Assembly (NCBI RefSeq): GCF_006345805.1
Contig: NC_043002.1
Span: 15,686,001-15,750,000, forward strand
Reading direction: 5' to 3'
Length of the DNA: 64,000 nt
From: Octopus sinensis
Taxonomy: Eukaryota
The position numbers were made by a program, and so were the translations under genes. This document shows, one piece after another, positions 26,150 to 38,619 of the stretch (position 1 is its first letter; every line of letters begins with the position of its first letter). The notes below the pieces were generated by a model. It did not search any database and was not told the DNA's origin. It saw only the letters and a program-made list of their open reading frames with translations.

Positions 26150-26600
26150 ATATATACACTCTTGATATGTATAAGCTAAATTTGAAACTTTGCTCGACCG
26201 TGGTGTTGTAGGCAGTGCGGTTGGTGTCTTTCTCTACTGACTGGTGTCATTAGAAGGCCAGAAATTGAAACTGATGTGGTCATAGGAAATAGCCGAGAGC
26301 CACCACTTCTGGCTGTTTTCGGATGTAGGGCCAGGAAATCTGCTGCCAGATCTATGGCCTTCTCGCAGCACCCATCCTCAACCTGAGTTTGGTGGAATTC
26401 TCCAACAGCTACACATAGCCATTTAAATTGAGCTTAAGGTTCGGATGAAAGATGACAGGCCGTATTCCAGCGTGCTGACGGAGACAGATTCGAATGCTAT
26501 GCAGTGATATACATTTAGAGAATGCTGGAAATTCTAGATTCAAACTTTGTAAATGGCAATCGACAAATTGAACAGCATCACATAGTAACAACAACTACAT
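26150..26600 (-). mobile_element. Tc1/mariner (maT-like) transposase remnant
   Basis: Minus strand: PNLKLNLNGYV, AARRP*IWQQ, DHISFNFWP, resembling RPYVWQQD...FWPPNSPD. Confidence 0.6.
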
Positions 26601-27862
26601 TTCTACATCCAGAATGCGGACCCAGTATAGTAATAACTTATGTTTCAATGACGCACAAATTTTCAATAATCTGCCAAACATCGTCATTGATCTCTGAGGA
26701 GTACAAGTGGAGTAATTACAGAAGGTTTGTACACATTTTTATCTGAAATACAGGCTGAGAGCATATAATGAAACGAGATATAAAAAATAGCAACTCCATC
26801 AAGAAGTCTAGTACAACAAATACAAACAACGCCGATTATATTAAAGGCAATACCATAGTATGCCAATAACCTCTGGCTGAAACCTGCAATTACTTTTATT
26901 TGGTTATTTCTGCAGATATTCTATAGAACTTATACCCAGCAATGATTTTTGCTACAACGCTTCGTATCTCGACGTCAGATGTAAACAAACAATGAGATCG
27001 GTGACAAATATGGGTAATGAGTAAATATGCCATACTGGTTATGATTTCTATAGAATATCTGGAGAAATAACCTCAAGAATATTATGTATCAATACTGACG
27101 CAGTAGAATGTGGCACTGACTTAGGACATTTCGTATACTTTATCGTATATCATGCTTGCATACGTATGAACCGTGTACCCACAAACTATTTGTGAAACCT
27201 GTAATATATATATATATATATATATATATGGGGGTATATATTTACATCTAAAGTTCTATCTATTTATCTATCTACCAATCTCTATCAGTCTATATGTATA
27301 CACATATACATTCACACGCACGCACATATAGATGCGTATGGATATGTATATGAGCATATATATATATATGAATACTCAAATTCAGATACATAACGTGTGC
27401 AACCGATTTTCTTGTGTATATATGTTTATCTAAATATGTTCGTGGTATCTTAATAAATACATTAATTCACTACTTTAAAGCTATTACAAACGTTATATAA
27501 TGGCGTTATTGCCAGGTCCGGGCAATCAAGCCATAGAAAGCTGTTTCTCTTGTATCTTCTGCTCAGAAGAGATTATTTTCTTTTCACCGGCGGTGTATCT
27601 TATTGTTTTTGCGTTTATTATTGATAGCGATAACAGCACCGCACTTGCGACAGCAAACGAAGTGGAGCGATAAGCGTACTATTGTATCAGAATCTTCAAG
27701 TCTTGTATGTGACACTCTATAACTGTATCATTCAAGAAATACATACACACTTACACAGAAACATGCATATACAAGCATAATTCTTTTCTTGGATTCAAGC
27801 ATACGCCTGCAGACAAGATGCAGCGCTACCGTTATTATATATGTGTGTGAATGTATGCATGT

Positions 27863-27958
<96 letters not shown>

Positions 27959-29616
27959 TATTCATGTATATATGTGTATGTATATCTGTGTGCGTGTGTG
28001 TGTATAGATATGTATATGTATATACTTATATCAGAGAAAGTAACGATTAATGAAATCCAGGCGAATATTTCAGTCAGTACACCATGCTAACTTAATTTCC
28101 CATAATATTAATTGTTGTGTTCTTGCCCTATTAATTCTGTCACCTTTCAATTGAATTACTTCTTGTGAAACCAACCGATCGTTCATTTCATAACTAGTGT
28201 ATCCATTTTAATACTTAATGAATCTAATTTAATATCAATTAAACTGTAGATGACTCAATATTAACTGGGCTTGATTACTGAGGTGTGCATAATTTTATTC
28301 TCTGCTTTCATTCTAAGCCCAACCGTGGTGCTTTCTTTATTCATTACTGTTCCTTTCAAATCACTCCTATATGCTAATGTTTCTTTAAACTACGATTCTT
28401 CCCTTAAATGGTATTTCCAAATTTATAGCAATAAATAAATTGATGTATCTGAAATCTGGTTTATGTCTAACTTGCTTCGCCTCCTGCACATTTGTATATA
28501 ATTAACTGGCGGGTTTTCTAATAGATCAGGAGAGTAATCTATTATGTTCCTTAACTTCGTTTCTGTCTACTGAAAGATGGTCTGTATAATGCGAACACTT
28601 GCTATTTACTTTATTTTCCTAGTGTTCTGGAGTCTAATATTTCTCATTATATTTGATGGATATAGTGGATGCTCCACTATTGCAAATTTATTTGATCTTA
28701 CTAGATGGCTGATAGTAACATCATCATTAAATTATTGTATGAATTAATATAATTTTATACATAAAAACAATTATGAAAATTGATGAAACTTTTCCAGTTG
28801 CTGTTGAAACGATTGTAACTATTCATAAAATTAGGTAACACCATCATATTTATCCTTTCATTATTTACTATACATGTGTATATGCGAATACGCATGTGGA
28901 TGTGAATATATGTATGCACACACACACGCACAGAGGGAGACACACACGTGTGAGGGCGTATATATATATATGTATATATATGTATATATATTATATATAT
29001 ATATACATATTAGTGTGTTTGTGTAGGTGTGCGTATCTGTGTGTCTGTGTGAATACTCTTTTGGGAAAGATAGTAGAGCTTTTAGGAAGATTTATGTTCG
29101 ACATTGGAATGCTCAAGATATCTCAGGTAAAATCAAAAACTGACGTGTATAAATCACCTGTGCTAATGATTAGCTGAACAATTTCACAGCTAAATATGAA
29201 AACTTGCGTTGGGTGATAAGATAGCTATATCTGGGAAATGTGTAGAATATCCAGTATAGAGGTTTTCTTGATCAAGTCTCAGGTACGATGGTGTGAGCAG
29301 ATCCTTTACATAAACAGATGCCTAATGCCAAGGCATATCTTTTATGGTTAACTTGTAAAATCCCGGCGAAATGTCGGCTGGGCACCACTACGGTAGGATA
29401 AATTTAAGGAGATAATCTGTAACGCTTGAGTATTAGGAAAGCAAACGTTGAGAAGGCTCAGGAGTGGCTGTGTAGTAAGTAGCTTGCTTACCAACCATAT
29501 GGTTCCGGGTTCAGTCCCACTGCGTGGTATCTTGGGCAAGTGTCTTCTACTATAGTCTCGGGCCTACGAAAGCCTTGCGAGTGGATTTGGTAGGCGGAAA
29601 CTGAAAGAAGCCCGTC

Positions 29617-29689
<73 letters not shown>

Positions 29690-30077
29690 GATGAAAGCAC
29701 TCCGTCGGTAACGACGACGAGGGCTCCGGGTGATCCAAATCAACGGAACAGCCTGCTCGTGAAATTAACGTGTAAGTGGCTGAGCACTCCACAGACACGT
29801 GTACCCTTAACGTAGTCCTCGGGGATATTCAGCGTGACACTGAGAGTGACAAGGCCGGCCCTTTGAAATACAAGGTACAACACAAACAGGAAGTAAGAGT
29901 GAGAGAAAGTTCTGGTGAAAGAGTACAGCAGGGATCACCACCATCCCCTGCCGGAGCCTCGTGGAGCTTTAGGTGTTTTCGCTCAATAAACACTCACAAC
30001 GCCCGGTCTGGGAATCGAAACCGCGATCATATGACCGCGAGTCCGCTGCCCTAACCACTGGGCCATTGCGCCTCCAC
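29690..30077 (-). mobile_element. SINE family A, full length, nested in SINE C
   Basis: Near-identical to 2788-3175. Confidence 0.9.
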
Positions 30078-30098
30078 ATATATATATATAATATATAT

Positions 30099-30230
30099 AT
30101 TTATTTTATAGAAGGAGCTTCTACAGGACTAGAACTGTTTCATTCAAAAGAAATCATCAGGAAGCTTCCTGATGATTTCTTTTGAATGAAACAGTTCTAG
30201 TCCTGTAGAAGCTCCTTCTATAAAATAAAT
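30099..30230. repeat. Perfect 132-bp spacerless palindrome centred on AAGCTT
   Basis: 30099-30164 is the exact reverse complement of 30165-30230. Confidence 0.98.
30163..30213 (+). ncRNA. Type-I hammerhead ribozyme motif, intact core (identical copy on minus strand at 30116-30166)
   Basis: AGCUUC | CUGAUGA | U-UUC-UUUU-GAA-U | GAAA | CAG-UUCUAGUC-CUG | UA | GAAGCU. Predicted cleavage after GUA (30207). Confidence 0.75.
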
Positions 30231-30803
30231 TAATTTACTCTGCTATGTATTGAGTACCTTATTTACTGTGGTTAACCCCGACTCAACGCGGGACCTACAT
30301 ATATAATATATATATATATATATATACATACATATGTGTGTGTTTGTGTGTCTGTGTCCCCCCACATCGCTTGACAACCGTTGCTGGTGTGTTTACGTCT
30401 CCATAACTTAGCGGTTCGGCAAAAGAGACCGATAGAATAAATACTAGGCTTGCAAAGAATAAGTCCTGGGGGTCGATTTCCTCGACTAAAGGCGGTGCTC
30501 CAGCATGGCCGCAGTCAAATGTCTGAAACATGTAAAAGAGTAAAGAGTAACCTGTCGAGAAACCGCGCAGACTGGGGGAGAGAATGCGTTTTCTCGATTG
30601 AACATTTCGAAATCAAAGAGGTACAGCATGAAGGGCAGTTACGGGAAGAGAGGAAAATATATCAATATAACTGTAGTCTTCCTGCAAACCATCGTCGTCT
30701 ACATTTTGATATCATAGATACATCAGCTACTGGTTTAATAAGCCATGCTCATGCTCATATCCATATTGTTTTTGTGGCGTGGAGAGTAGCATTAGGAGTC
30801 AGT

Positions 30804-31078
30804 GGCGGCATATGGCCTAGTGGTTAGAGCAGTGGACTCGCGGTCGAGGGATCGCGGGTTCGAATCTCAGACCGGGCGATGTGTGTGTTTATGAGCGAAA
30901 ACACCTATGCTCCACGCGGCTCTGGCAGAAGGTAATGGCGAAAGTGTGCTGACTCTTTCGCCACACATTTCTCTCACTCTTTCCTCCTGCATCTTGCAGC
31001 TCATCTGGTGGGGAACCCATACTTCCAGAAACCGAGAAACCTGCCCTTATGAGCCAGGCATGGCTGGAGAATGAACAT
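30804..31078 (+). mobile_element. SINE with family-A-like head and different 3' half (A')
   Basis: GGCGGCATATGGCCTAGTGGTTAG...GGGTTCGAATCTCAGACCGGGC head. Follows family A for ~170 nt, then diverges. Confidence 0.7.
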
Positions 31079-31860
31079 TAGGTGTCACTGGGTAAAATGA
31101 ATGAATTATAGACATTGGTGAATGTTAGAAATAACAATGTGAGTCCGTTTGGTGGACAGTTTTTTCATTCTCCCCGCTGCACACGCACACACACGCATAC
31201 ACACACATCGTCGTCTATGAAGGGACCGCCCGTCATATGCATACCTATACATGTGTGTGAAGGTGCGTTGCTCGGTGCTTAATGTGTTGCAATCTGGTCC
31301 ATTACATATGTTCTTCAGCATAAAATTTCATTTCACTTTCCTCCGGGCCATTTACCATGCAAAAATTAGTAATCCTGGGACACACTAGTGTTCCGACTAA
31401 AGAAAATGGAGGGGGAATATTACACGCTACACAAATCAACGAAACCGGCCATATGAACCAAATGATTGGGAAGAGCAGTCTTCATTTCTTACTCTTTTAA
31501 TATATATTTATTAATACGTGTGTGTGTATGTATATCTATATACATACACACACATTAAGGGAATGACATCATCAGTTTTGAAGTTACAATTTTATATCAA
31601 GTGAAAAGAGAAAGACAGAAAAAGACAGAAAAAACAGAAAAAAGAAGACGACAGAAAAAAGGAAAGAAAAAGAGAGAAAGAAGAATATTTAATGAAACAA
31701 TTTGAGGTATATTTGCCACCTCAACATGGCTAACCACTAAGGGTGGGTGTTACTGTAGCTTGTAGCCCCAGGAGAACATCGTCTCAAACTGGCTTTAGGC
31801 ACACCTTCTGTGCCCTTATGGTATATGCAAAGGGAGGTCATCCCTCTCTCGTCAACCTAA

Positions 31861-31919
31861 GTGATACGCACGGACTGCAGTTTCTAGGTATTGACCTGTC
31901 ATCAGCGTACGACAATCAC
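31861..31919 (-). ncRNA. Minimal type-I hammerhead ribozyme motif (PLE type)
   Basis: GUGAU-UGU-CGUACG | CUGAUGA | C-AGGU-CAAU-ACCU-A | GAAA | C-UGCA-G | UC | CGUGCG-U-AUCAC. Short helix III with palindromic CUGCAG. Confidence 0.75.
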
Positions 31920-31958
31920 CGGTTTTCGGTGCATTGGGACCCCTTTCATCGAAAACCG

Positions 31959-32016
31959 GTGATTATCGTACCTGATGACAGGTCAATACCTAGAAACTGC
32001 AGTCTGTGCGTATCAC
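31959..32016 (+). ncRNA. Minimal type-I hammerhead ribozyme motif, second arm
   Basis: CTGATGA at 31972-31978, GAAA at 31993-31996, GTC at 32002-32004. The first pair of stem I is mismatched (U/C). Confidence 0.65.
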
Positions 32017-32199
32017 ATAGGTTGACGAGGGAAGGATGACCTCCCTTTGCAAATACCTTAGGGCACAGAACGTGTGCCTAAAGCCAGCTGGAGACGATGT
32101 TCTCCTTGGGCTACAAGCTACAGTAACACCCACCCTTAGTGGTTAGCCATGTTGAGATGGCAAATATACCTCACATTATCGTGCAGTTACTGTTTATAC

Positions 32200-32900
32200 C
32201 TCGTTCAGAGATTTATTATTGCTTTAATGAAACAGTTTTGTATAAATTTGATGATATTCTCCTGTCATTTTATTCATTCTTCCAGGGCGTGATGTTATTA
32301 ACCTGCAGACATATTTCTCTTCATACTTTCTGAAAAGTGAAAGTGAAGCAGATTCAGAATATTTTCTGAGAATATGCCGTTTCAAGTCTTCTTCAAAATT
32401 GCAGCCGATAGAAACGAAATGTTCAGCAAGTTCTGCCGAAGTAGTGTTATTGTGCCTGACGTAGAATCTGTGCCCATTAAACATTTTGTTTAATTGTTCT
32501 GTTGTACAACCAACATCGATTAAGCTGGGTTTCGTGCATTCTGCAGCGTACACCAAATGGGAATCTTTACATGTTCAACCTTCTGTATAAATCATAACCG
32601 TTTCTGTTATGATTTCTCATGGAATTCACTTCACTCATGTTGTTGCACGATGAACAAGGCCTACCTCACTTGCGGCTGTTCTTTAAAATACAGCGTGCAG
32701 ATACTCCATTTTCGTTTTCTTGTAGTCAGATACAGAGGTCAATAATTCTCTTATATTCTTATACCATCTAAAGGCTACAATAGGCGGCTGAGGAAATATA
32801 TGTTCGAAACGAGGATAGTTTTTCGCCACATGCTGGCAACTTTCATGCAATACTTTTGTAATACCAGCGAAATGTGGGTGCCAGCTAATCACTAAAGAAA
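32200..32900 (-). mobile_element. Penelope-like element remnant (linker plus GIY-YIG)
   Basis: WHPHF...IFPQPPIVAFRWYKNIRELL and VYAAEC...DVGCT..QL...FNGHR...AEHF...DLK.HIL. Confidence 0.8.
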
Positions 32901-33439
32901 TTCTGTCATCTATTGTACTGGGTTTGCTAAAATTATACGCTTAAGTTTGACTATCTATGCTAATCTTAGCTATTTCATTTGCTATTTCCTTTATCGTGAT
33001 TCACTGTAACCGCGTTTGACATAATTATATACAAAAGCATTTGCATGTTTCCAATAATCCCCTATGTCAGTACAAATCCGTTTTATCTTCAAAAATTAGG
33101 ATTTCGGACTTGACCGAATAAGATGATGTGCATGATCGGAGCGGCGGTGGAGATAAATGTAGGATGACGTGGGCTTACAAAATAACTCTGTCACTATTCT
33201 GCCTCCAGAAAACTTGACTTTTGTGACCAAAAATTCAACGCTAGTCTTTCAAAAGCTAGACGTAAATTTTATGTTGGACTTAAAGCCATAGTTTCTAGCA
33301 TAACAGTCACAGAAATGCAAGAAATCCATTAAACTATCCTGTGATCCTTCCCAGACAAAAAAATACATCATCAGTGAATCGTAACCAGAATATTGGTTCA
33401 TGACCATGAAGGAATTTGAATGTCTTTAGTAACTGTCTC

Positions 33440-33550
33440 TCGAATATTTCGTTTCAAGCGGCTGCAATTTTGAAGAAAACTTGAAAGTGCATATTCTCAG
33501 AGTATTCTGAATCTGCTTCACTCTCACTTCTCAGAATTTATGACGCTGTT
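33440..33550 (+). mobile_element. Inverted diverged copy of the PLE GIY-YIG 3' segment
   Basis: GGCTGCAATTTTGAAGAAAACTTGAAAGTGCATATTCTCAGA matches the reverse complement of ~32330-32420. Confidence 0.75.
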
Positions 33551-33694
33551 TGCTCTTGTTCATACTTTACGCTTAAATTTTTATAATTTTGAATTTTTAT
33601 CACTTCTTATTTTTAACTTGACAAAGACAGACGTACTGTTGAAATAATAATAATAATAATAATAATATTAATAATATTAATAATAATATTAATA

Positions 33695-33774
<80 letters not shown>

Positions 33775-33784
33775 ATTATTACGA

Positions 33785-35990
33785 TCATCATCATTGCCTT
33801 TGCAGAGCTTCTAGCGCTGGATATGTACTTCACGTGTCAGCTGTTCACTACCAGTGAATTAAGGTAACACCCCTTATTTTTCGAGCACCCTCCGGAGTAT
33901 TCAAGTGATTTCAAGCACTGCTGTTTCCTGCAAGTGCTCTAATCTTATTGCAGCCCCTATTGGTTTCATGTACATCTGAAGTTCTTACTCAATTTTCCAG
34001 GTCTCATACATTTATTTGTACTAATACCACCTTTTTCAGCGACCACAACTGCTGAACATGCCAATCTAACCTGTCATATCTATCGACGTTGCTTTCTTCC
34101 TTATCGCATACATTTTTGTCAGCTGGGCATGCTACATCTATAATCTAGCATCATTTGCTTTCTTTCTCAATTAATACTATGTCCTATTTTCCTATTCTCT
34201 ATCTCATGGTCGCACTGAATCATAAAATCCCATAGGATCACTGCATCATCGTTTCTGATGATGACTTCCTGTTTACGTTCGTACCACATCTTCCTCTGTC
34301 AAGTCCATACTTGTTGCAAAGTGTCCAATGGACAATCCTTGCTATATTGTCATGACGTCTGATATTCTTACTCCGGCTAGTGGCATACATTGGCTGGTAA
34401 TATACCATACAATTTCACCATATTGTCGACAGATTCTGCACTTCTCACTTTGTGGCCTGTTGTCTGTTTTGTATTTGATGTAATTAATTCTTAGTAGTTG
34501 CTCTTGGGTAGTACGAATTATAGCATCCGTTCCTATTTTAAAGCACCTTTAGTCATCCACAGCCATCATTTTTCTGTTTGTCTTACATTCAACATCCCTA
34601 TGAAATTGTCCATGCATCATTTTCTTTACCCACCTATTATCAGTTTCATTCATTCTCAAGTGCTTTACAGCGCTTTATCTTTGCCATCTTCCACCATCCT
34701 ACACGTGTGTGACTTTCTTACTTCAATAATAGTGGTTCTGTGACATTTTTTACATGTCATGATATGTTGTTTTCTTTTGCTTTAAAGCTGTATTCCCATA
34801 CAGTCAGTCATCTTCCCTATCGTTTTCTTCCTACATACCATCTGCCTGAGTCAATTTTGGGGTGGAGTATCCCATACCTAGTCAGCAAGTTCCTTATATT
34901 TCTGTCTAAGCTGTTTAGTTTGTCTGCTGTCCATGCGATTATACCTGCTCAATATCAAAGCAGTGAAACCGCCGCGGTATTGATAGCCTCAATCTTATTC
35001 CTCCCTTTTTATTTTGATTCAAGTATCAGTCTCAGTCTGCGCTAGTACTCCACCTAAAATTATTTTGCCGTTTCTTTCCCCGTCAATTTATCCATTTCCA
35101 ATAACCTCAATAACATCTCTGCTTCATAACCTCCCCCGACAGTATCACTAGCGCGTCTATATATTTGATTTTTCCTTCTCTTCAAAACTAACACACCACA
35201 CTTTTTCAATCAGAACTCTGATATCAATAATGAAAGTATACACCGTATCAACGAGGTAACTGGCTTGTGATTAATTTTTACGATAAAGTTTGAAGTCATC
35301 CATAAATAACAAGTGGTTGACTCTTTGTTGCCGGCTTTTGATTACATACCCAGCTTTGCTATCCCCACAATCATTGTTAGTGGTATCATGCACAGTACAA
35401 AGATCAGTGGGGACAGGCAGTTCTCCTGGAAGATGTCTCTCCTGATTTCTATTATCTCTAAGCTTCTACTATATGCCGTCAGTTCCGTCCTCCACTTCAC
35501 TATGCTTTTTCCAGGCAATCGCTCAACATCAGAGCCAATACCAAATAGGTTCATACATTCCATAATCGAAGAATGTGGGATCATATCGTACGCCTTACTA
35601 TAATCTATCCATGACATGGCTAAGTTAGTTTTCCTCCACTTGCAATGTCTAAGTACAGTTTTGTCTTCAACGAGTTGAACCTTGGTTCATCTACACTTAC
35701 GCTTGCAAACTTTCTGCTCATGAGACAGGATTCCATTCCTTTTTTTTCTTTTTTCTCAGATGTTCGTACATTGACTCTGCGACTGTTCCCGTAATTCGCT
35801 ACCGTATTGCCTTTTTCGATGTTTTTCAAGCACAGCACTGTCCTACCGATTGTTAACAACTATGGTGTTACTTGGTCGACATTTAATGTGTCAATTTGTG
35901 CAGCTATTCGCGCATGACATTCCCCGAATCTTTTAACCCAGTAGTCTTTAACTACCTCTGGTCCCAGGGCATACTAGTTGCCCATTTTTT
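33785..35990 (-). mobile_element. 5'-truncated R4/Dong-like element, decayed, between (ATT)n arrays
   Basis: ALGPE...YWVKRF, GRTVL..K..NY, WIDYSKAYDMIPH, IFQENCLSPLIF, CRIC...C..RHDNIA, C-terminal ILRRVLEK. Arrays at ~33645-33784 and ~35995-36105. Confidence 0.88.
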
Positions 35991-36019
35991 GCTGATTATT
36001 ATTATCATTATTATTTATA

Positions 36020-36070
<51 letters not shown>

Positions 36071-37051
36071 TATTATTATTATCATTATTATTATCATTAT
36101 TATTTTCATAACCTCTATTTATCTGTCACAAGTTTGGCAAATATTCTCTTGTAAGATATAGAATTTTACAGTATTGAGATAGCGATATATAAATTCATGT
36201 TAGAGAAGTTCCCTTATTTCACACGATGATCGCCAGAACTGAATCATTGTAATCAAATTAATTGAGAAAAATACTATATTTTTTTAATATATCTTTTGCG
36301 GTTATGTTCTGAAGGGACATAATTAACTGACCTGAGAGGAATGGGGGAGGGGGGCTTGATGGAGTGAAAAGATGAAATATAACGGGAAAGTGTTTCATAT
36401 TTCACAAGCGACAAGATAGCCAGTTGTTACACGCAGTTTAATCAAATATATGAAACAAATCTAATTTCCTACTATCCTTTCAAACGTAAGGGTTTATTAC
36501 CCTGTTTATTGATTTTTTTCCCAGTTTCCACAAACAGAGTGAATGTATGTGTATGTAAGGGAAAGAGAGAGAGAAGCATAAAGACATACATACATACAGG
36601 CAGACAGATAGAATAACACACAAAATGATGCCGAGTAAAGGAAAGACAAAAATAAAGAGAGAGAGGGCCAGAGACAAACACTTTGCCGTACATACACAAA
36701 TTCAGCTACCAAGACAAACGAAATAAAAATGAATGACTTTTTTTTCTTTCGGGAAAGAGAAACCATTATTCTATGACAGAAATAAATTGAACAGCAGAAT
36801 GGGAGATTATTTAAAACGAAACATTATTGGAAAAACACAGGTAAACATGGTAAATTACAAAAATATTGGTAAAAGCAAATAATACTGCTGAAAATATGAA
36901 CCTTGTGAGATTATATACAACATACATAAATAAGTAAATACTGAAATTTGGAAATATTTATTAAAGATTTCTATTGTACGTTATATGATTTTTCGAAACA
37001 ACAGCGCGAAAATGTTTAAAATATCATACGGCTAATAAGACTCTTTTAATT

Positions 37052-37070
37052 CTCTATCTATCTATCTATA

Positions 37071-37153
<83 letters not shown>

Positions 37154-37170
37154 ATATCTATCTATCTACC
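37052..37170 (+). repeat. (TCTA)n microsatellite
   Basis: Directly visible. Confidence 0.95.
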
Positions 37171-37296
37171 TCTCCCTTTCTCCCCTCTCTCATTTACATA
37201 AAACTTTGCGGATATGTAAGTATTTAAATGTGGATACTTTGTGCGTGAAAGTATTGTGTTTATACAATTCTGATTCGATAATATGTATTCCTCGAA

Positions 37297-37711
37297 GGCG
37301 GCGAGCTGGCAGAAACGTTGGCGCGCCGGGCGAAATGCTTCGTGGTATGTCGTCTGTCATAACGTTATGAGTTCAAATTCCGCTGAGGTCGACTTTGCCT
37401 TTCATCATTTCGAGGTCGATTAAAATAAGTACCAGTCACGCACTGGGGTCGATATAATATACTTAATCCGTTTGTCTGTCCTTGTTTGTCCTCTCTGTGT
37501 TTAGCCCCTTGTGGGTAGTAAAGAAATAGGTATTTCGTCTGCTGTTACGTTCTGAGTTCAAATTCCACCGAAGTCGACTTTGCCTTTCATCCTTTCGGGG
37601 TCGATAAACTGAGTACCAGTTACGCACTGGGGCCGATATAATCGACTTAATCCGTTTTTCTGTCCTTATTTGTCCTCTCTGTGTTTAGCCTCTTGTGAGT
37701 AGTAAAGAAAT
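37297..37711 (+). mobile_element. SINE family B, dimeric form
   Basis: Same head, body, second body arrangement with junction AAAGAAATAG|GTATTTCGTCTG. Confidence 0.85.
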
Positions 37712-37851
37712 AGATACTATATATCCCTGGGAAACAAGTGTAAATAATACGACATTGTTTGTCTTTCTGAGAAATCTTGGTATAGCGCTGTAACTTACGG
37801 ATAGCGCACAACGTATACTAATACGCTCACACCCAAATACACATATATATG

Positions 37852-38029
37852 CGCAGGCGTGGCTGTGTAGTAAGTAGCATGCTTCCCAACCACACGATTC
37901 CGGGTTCGGACCCACTGGGTGACACCTTGAGAAAGTGTCTTCTACTATAACATCGGACCGACCACAACTTTGTAAAATGATTTGGTAGATGGATACTGAA
38001 AGAAGGCCGTTGTATATATATATATTTAT

Positions 38030-38060
<31 letters not shown>
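37852..38060 (+). mobile_element. SINE family C, 5' half, diverged
   Basis: GCGCAGGCGTGGCTGTGTAGTAAG...CCGGGTTCGGACCC...ACTGAAAGAAGGCCG. Confidence 0.7.
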
Positions 38061-38082
<22 letters not shown>

Positions 38083-38221
38083 TGTGGATGGATGCATGTA
38101 TATACATACATAACGAAGTTAAGTATAAGATTTAAATAAAACACCTCGGTTTCAGTGAAATTGTTTAGTTCTGTATAATCAGAGGTAGATTATACATAAT
38201 TACTCTTTCTCTATTACTCTA

Positions 38222-38619
38222 TTACTTGTTTCAGTCATTTGACTGCGGCCATGCTGGAGCACCGCCTTTAGTCGAGCAAATCGACCCCGGAACTTATTCT
38301 TTCTAAGCCCAGTACTTATTCTATCGGTCTCTTTTGCCGAACCGCTAAGTGACGGGGACGTAAACACACCAGCATCGGTTGTCAGGCAATGCTAGGGGGA
38401 CAAACACAGACACACAAACAGACACACACATACATATATATATATATACATATATACGACAGGCTTCTTTCAGTTTCCGTCCGCCAAATCCACTCACAAG
38501 GCATTGGTCCGCCCGGGGCTATAGCAGAAGACACTTGCCCAAGATGCCACGCAGTGGGACTGAACCCGGAACCATGTCGTTTGTTAGCAAGCTACTAACC
38601 ACACAGCCACTCCTGCGCC
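38222..38619 (-). mobile_element. SINE family C, full length
   Basis: Reverse complement of the family C structure including TTGGGCAAGTGTCTT and the internal microsatellite. Confidence 0.9.

Larger units (their letters stand above)
29455..30547 (+). mobile_element. SINE family C split by nested insertions (5' half ~29455-29620, 3' half ~30335-30547)
   Basis: The two halves match the 22982-23397 copy and are separated inside the internal (TA)n tract. Confidence 0.85.
31703..32173. repeat. Long inverted repeat, ~228-bp arms, ~15-nt spacer, slightly diverged
   Basis: Arms ~31703-31931 and ~31947-32173 (TGAGGTATATTTGCCA ... TGGCAAATATACCTCA). Confidence 0.95.

Noticed and set aside
32788-32825. 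CTGAGGA...GAAA motif
   Set aside because: It falls antisense within PLE coding sequence with weak stems; likely chance.
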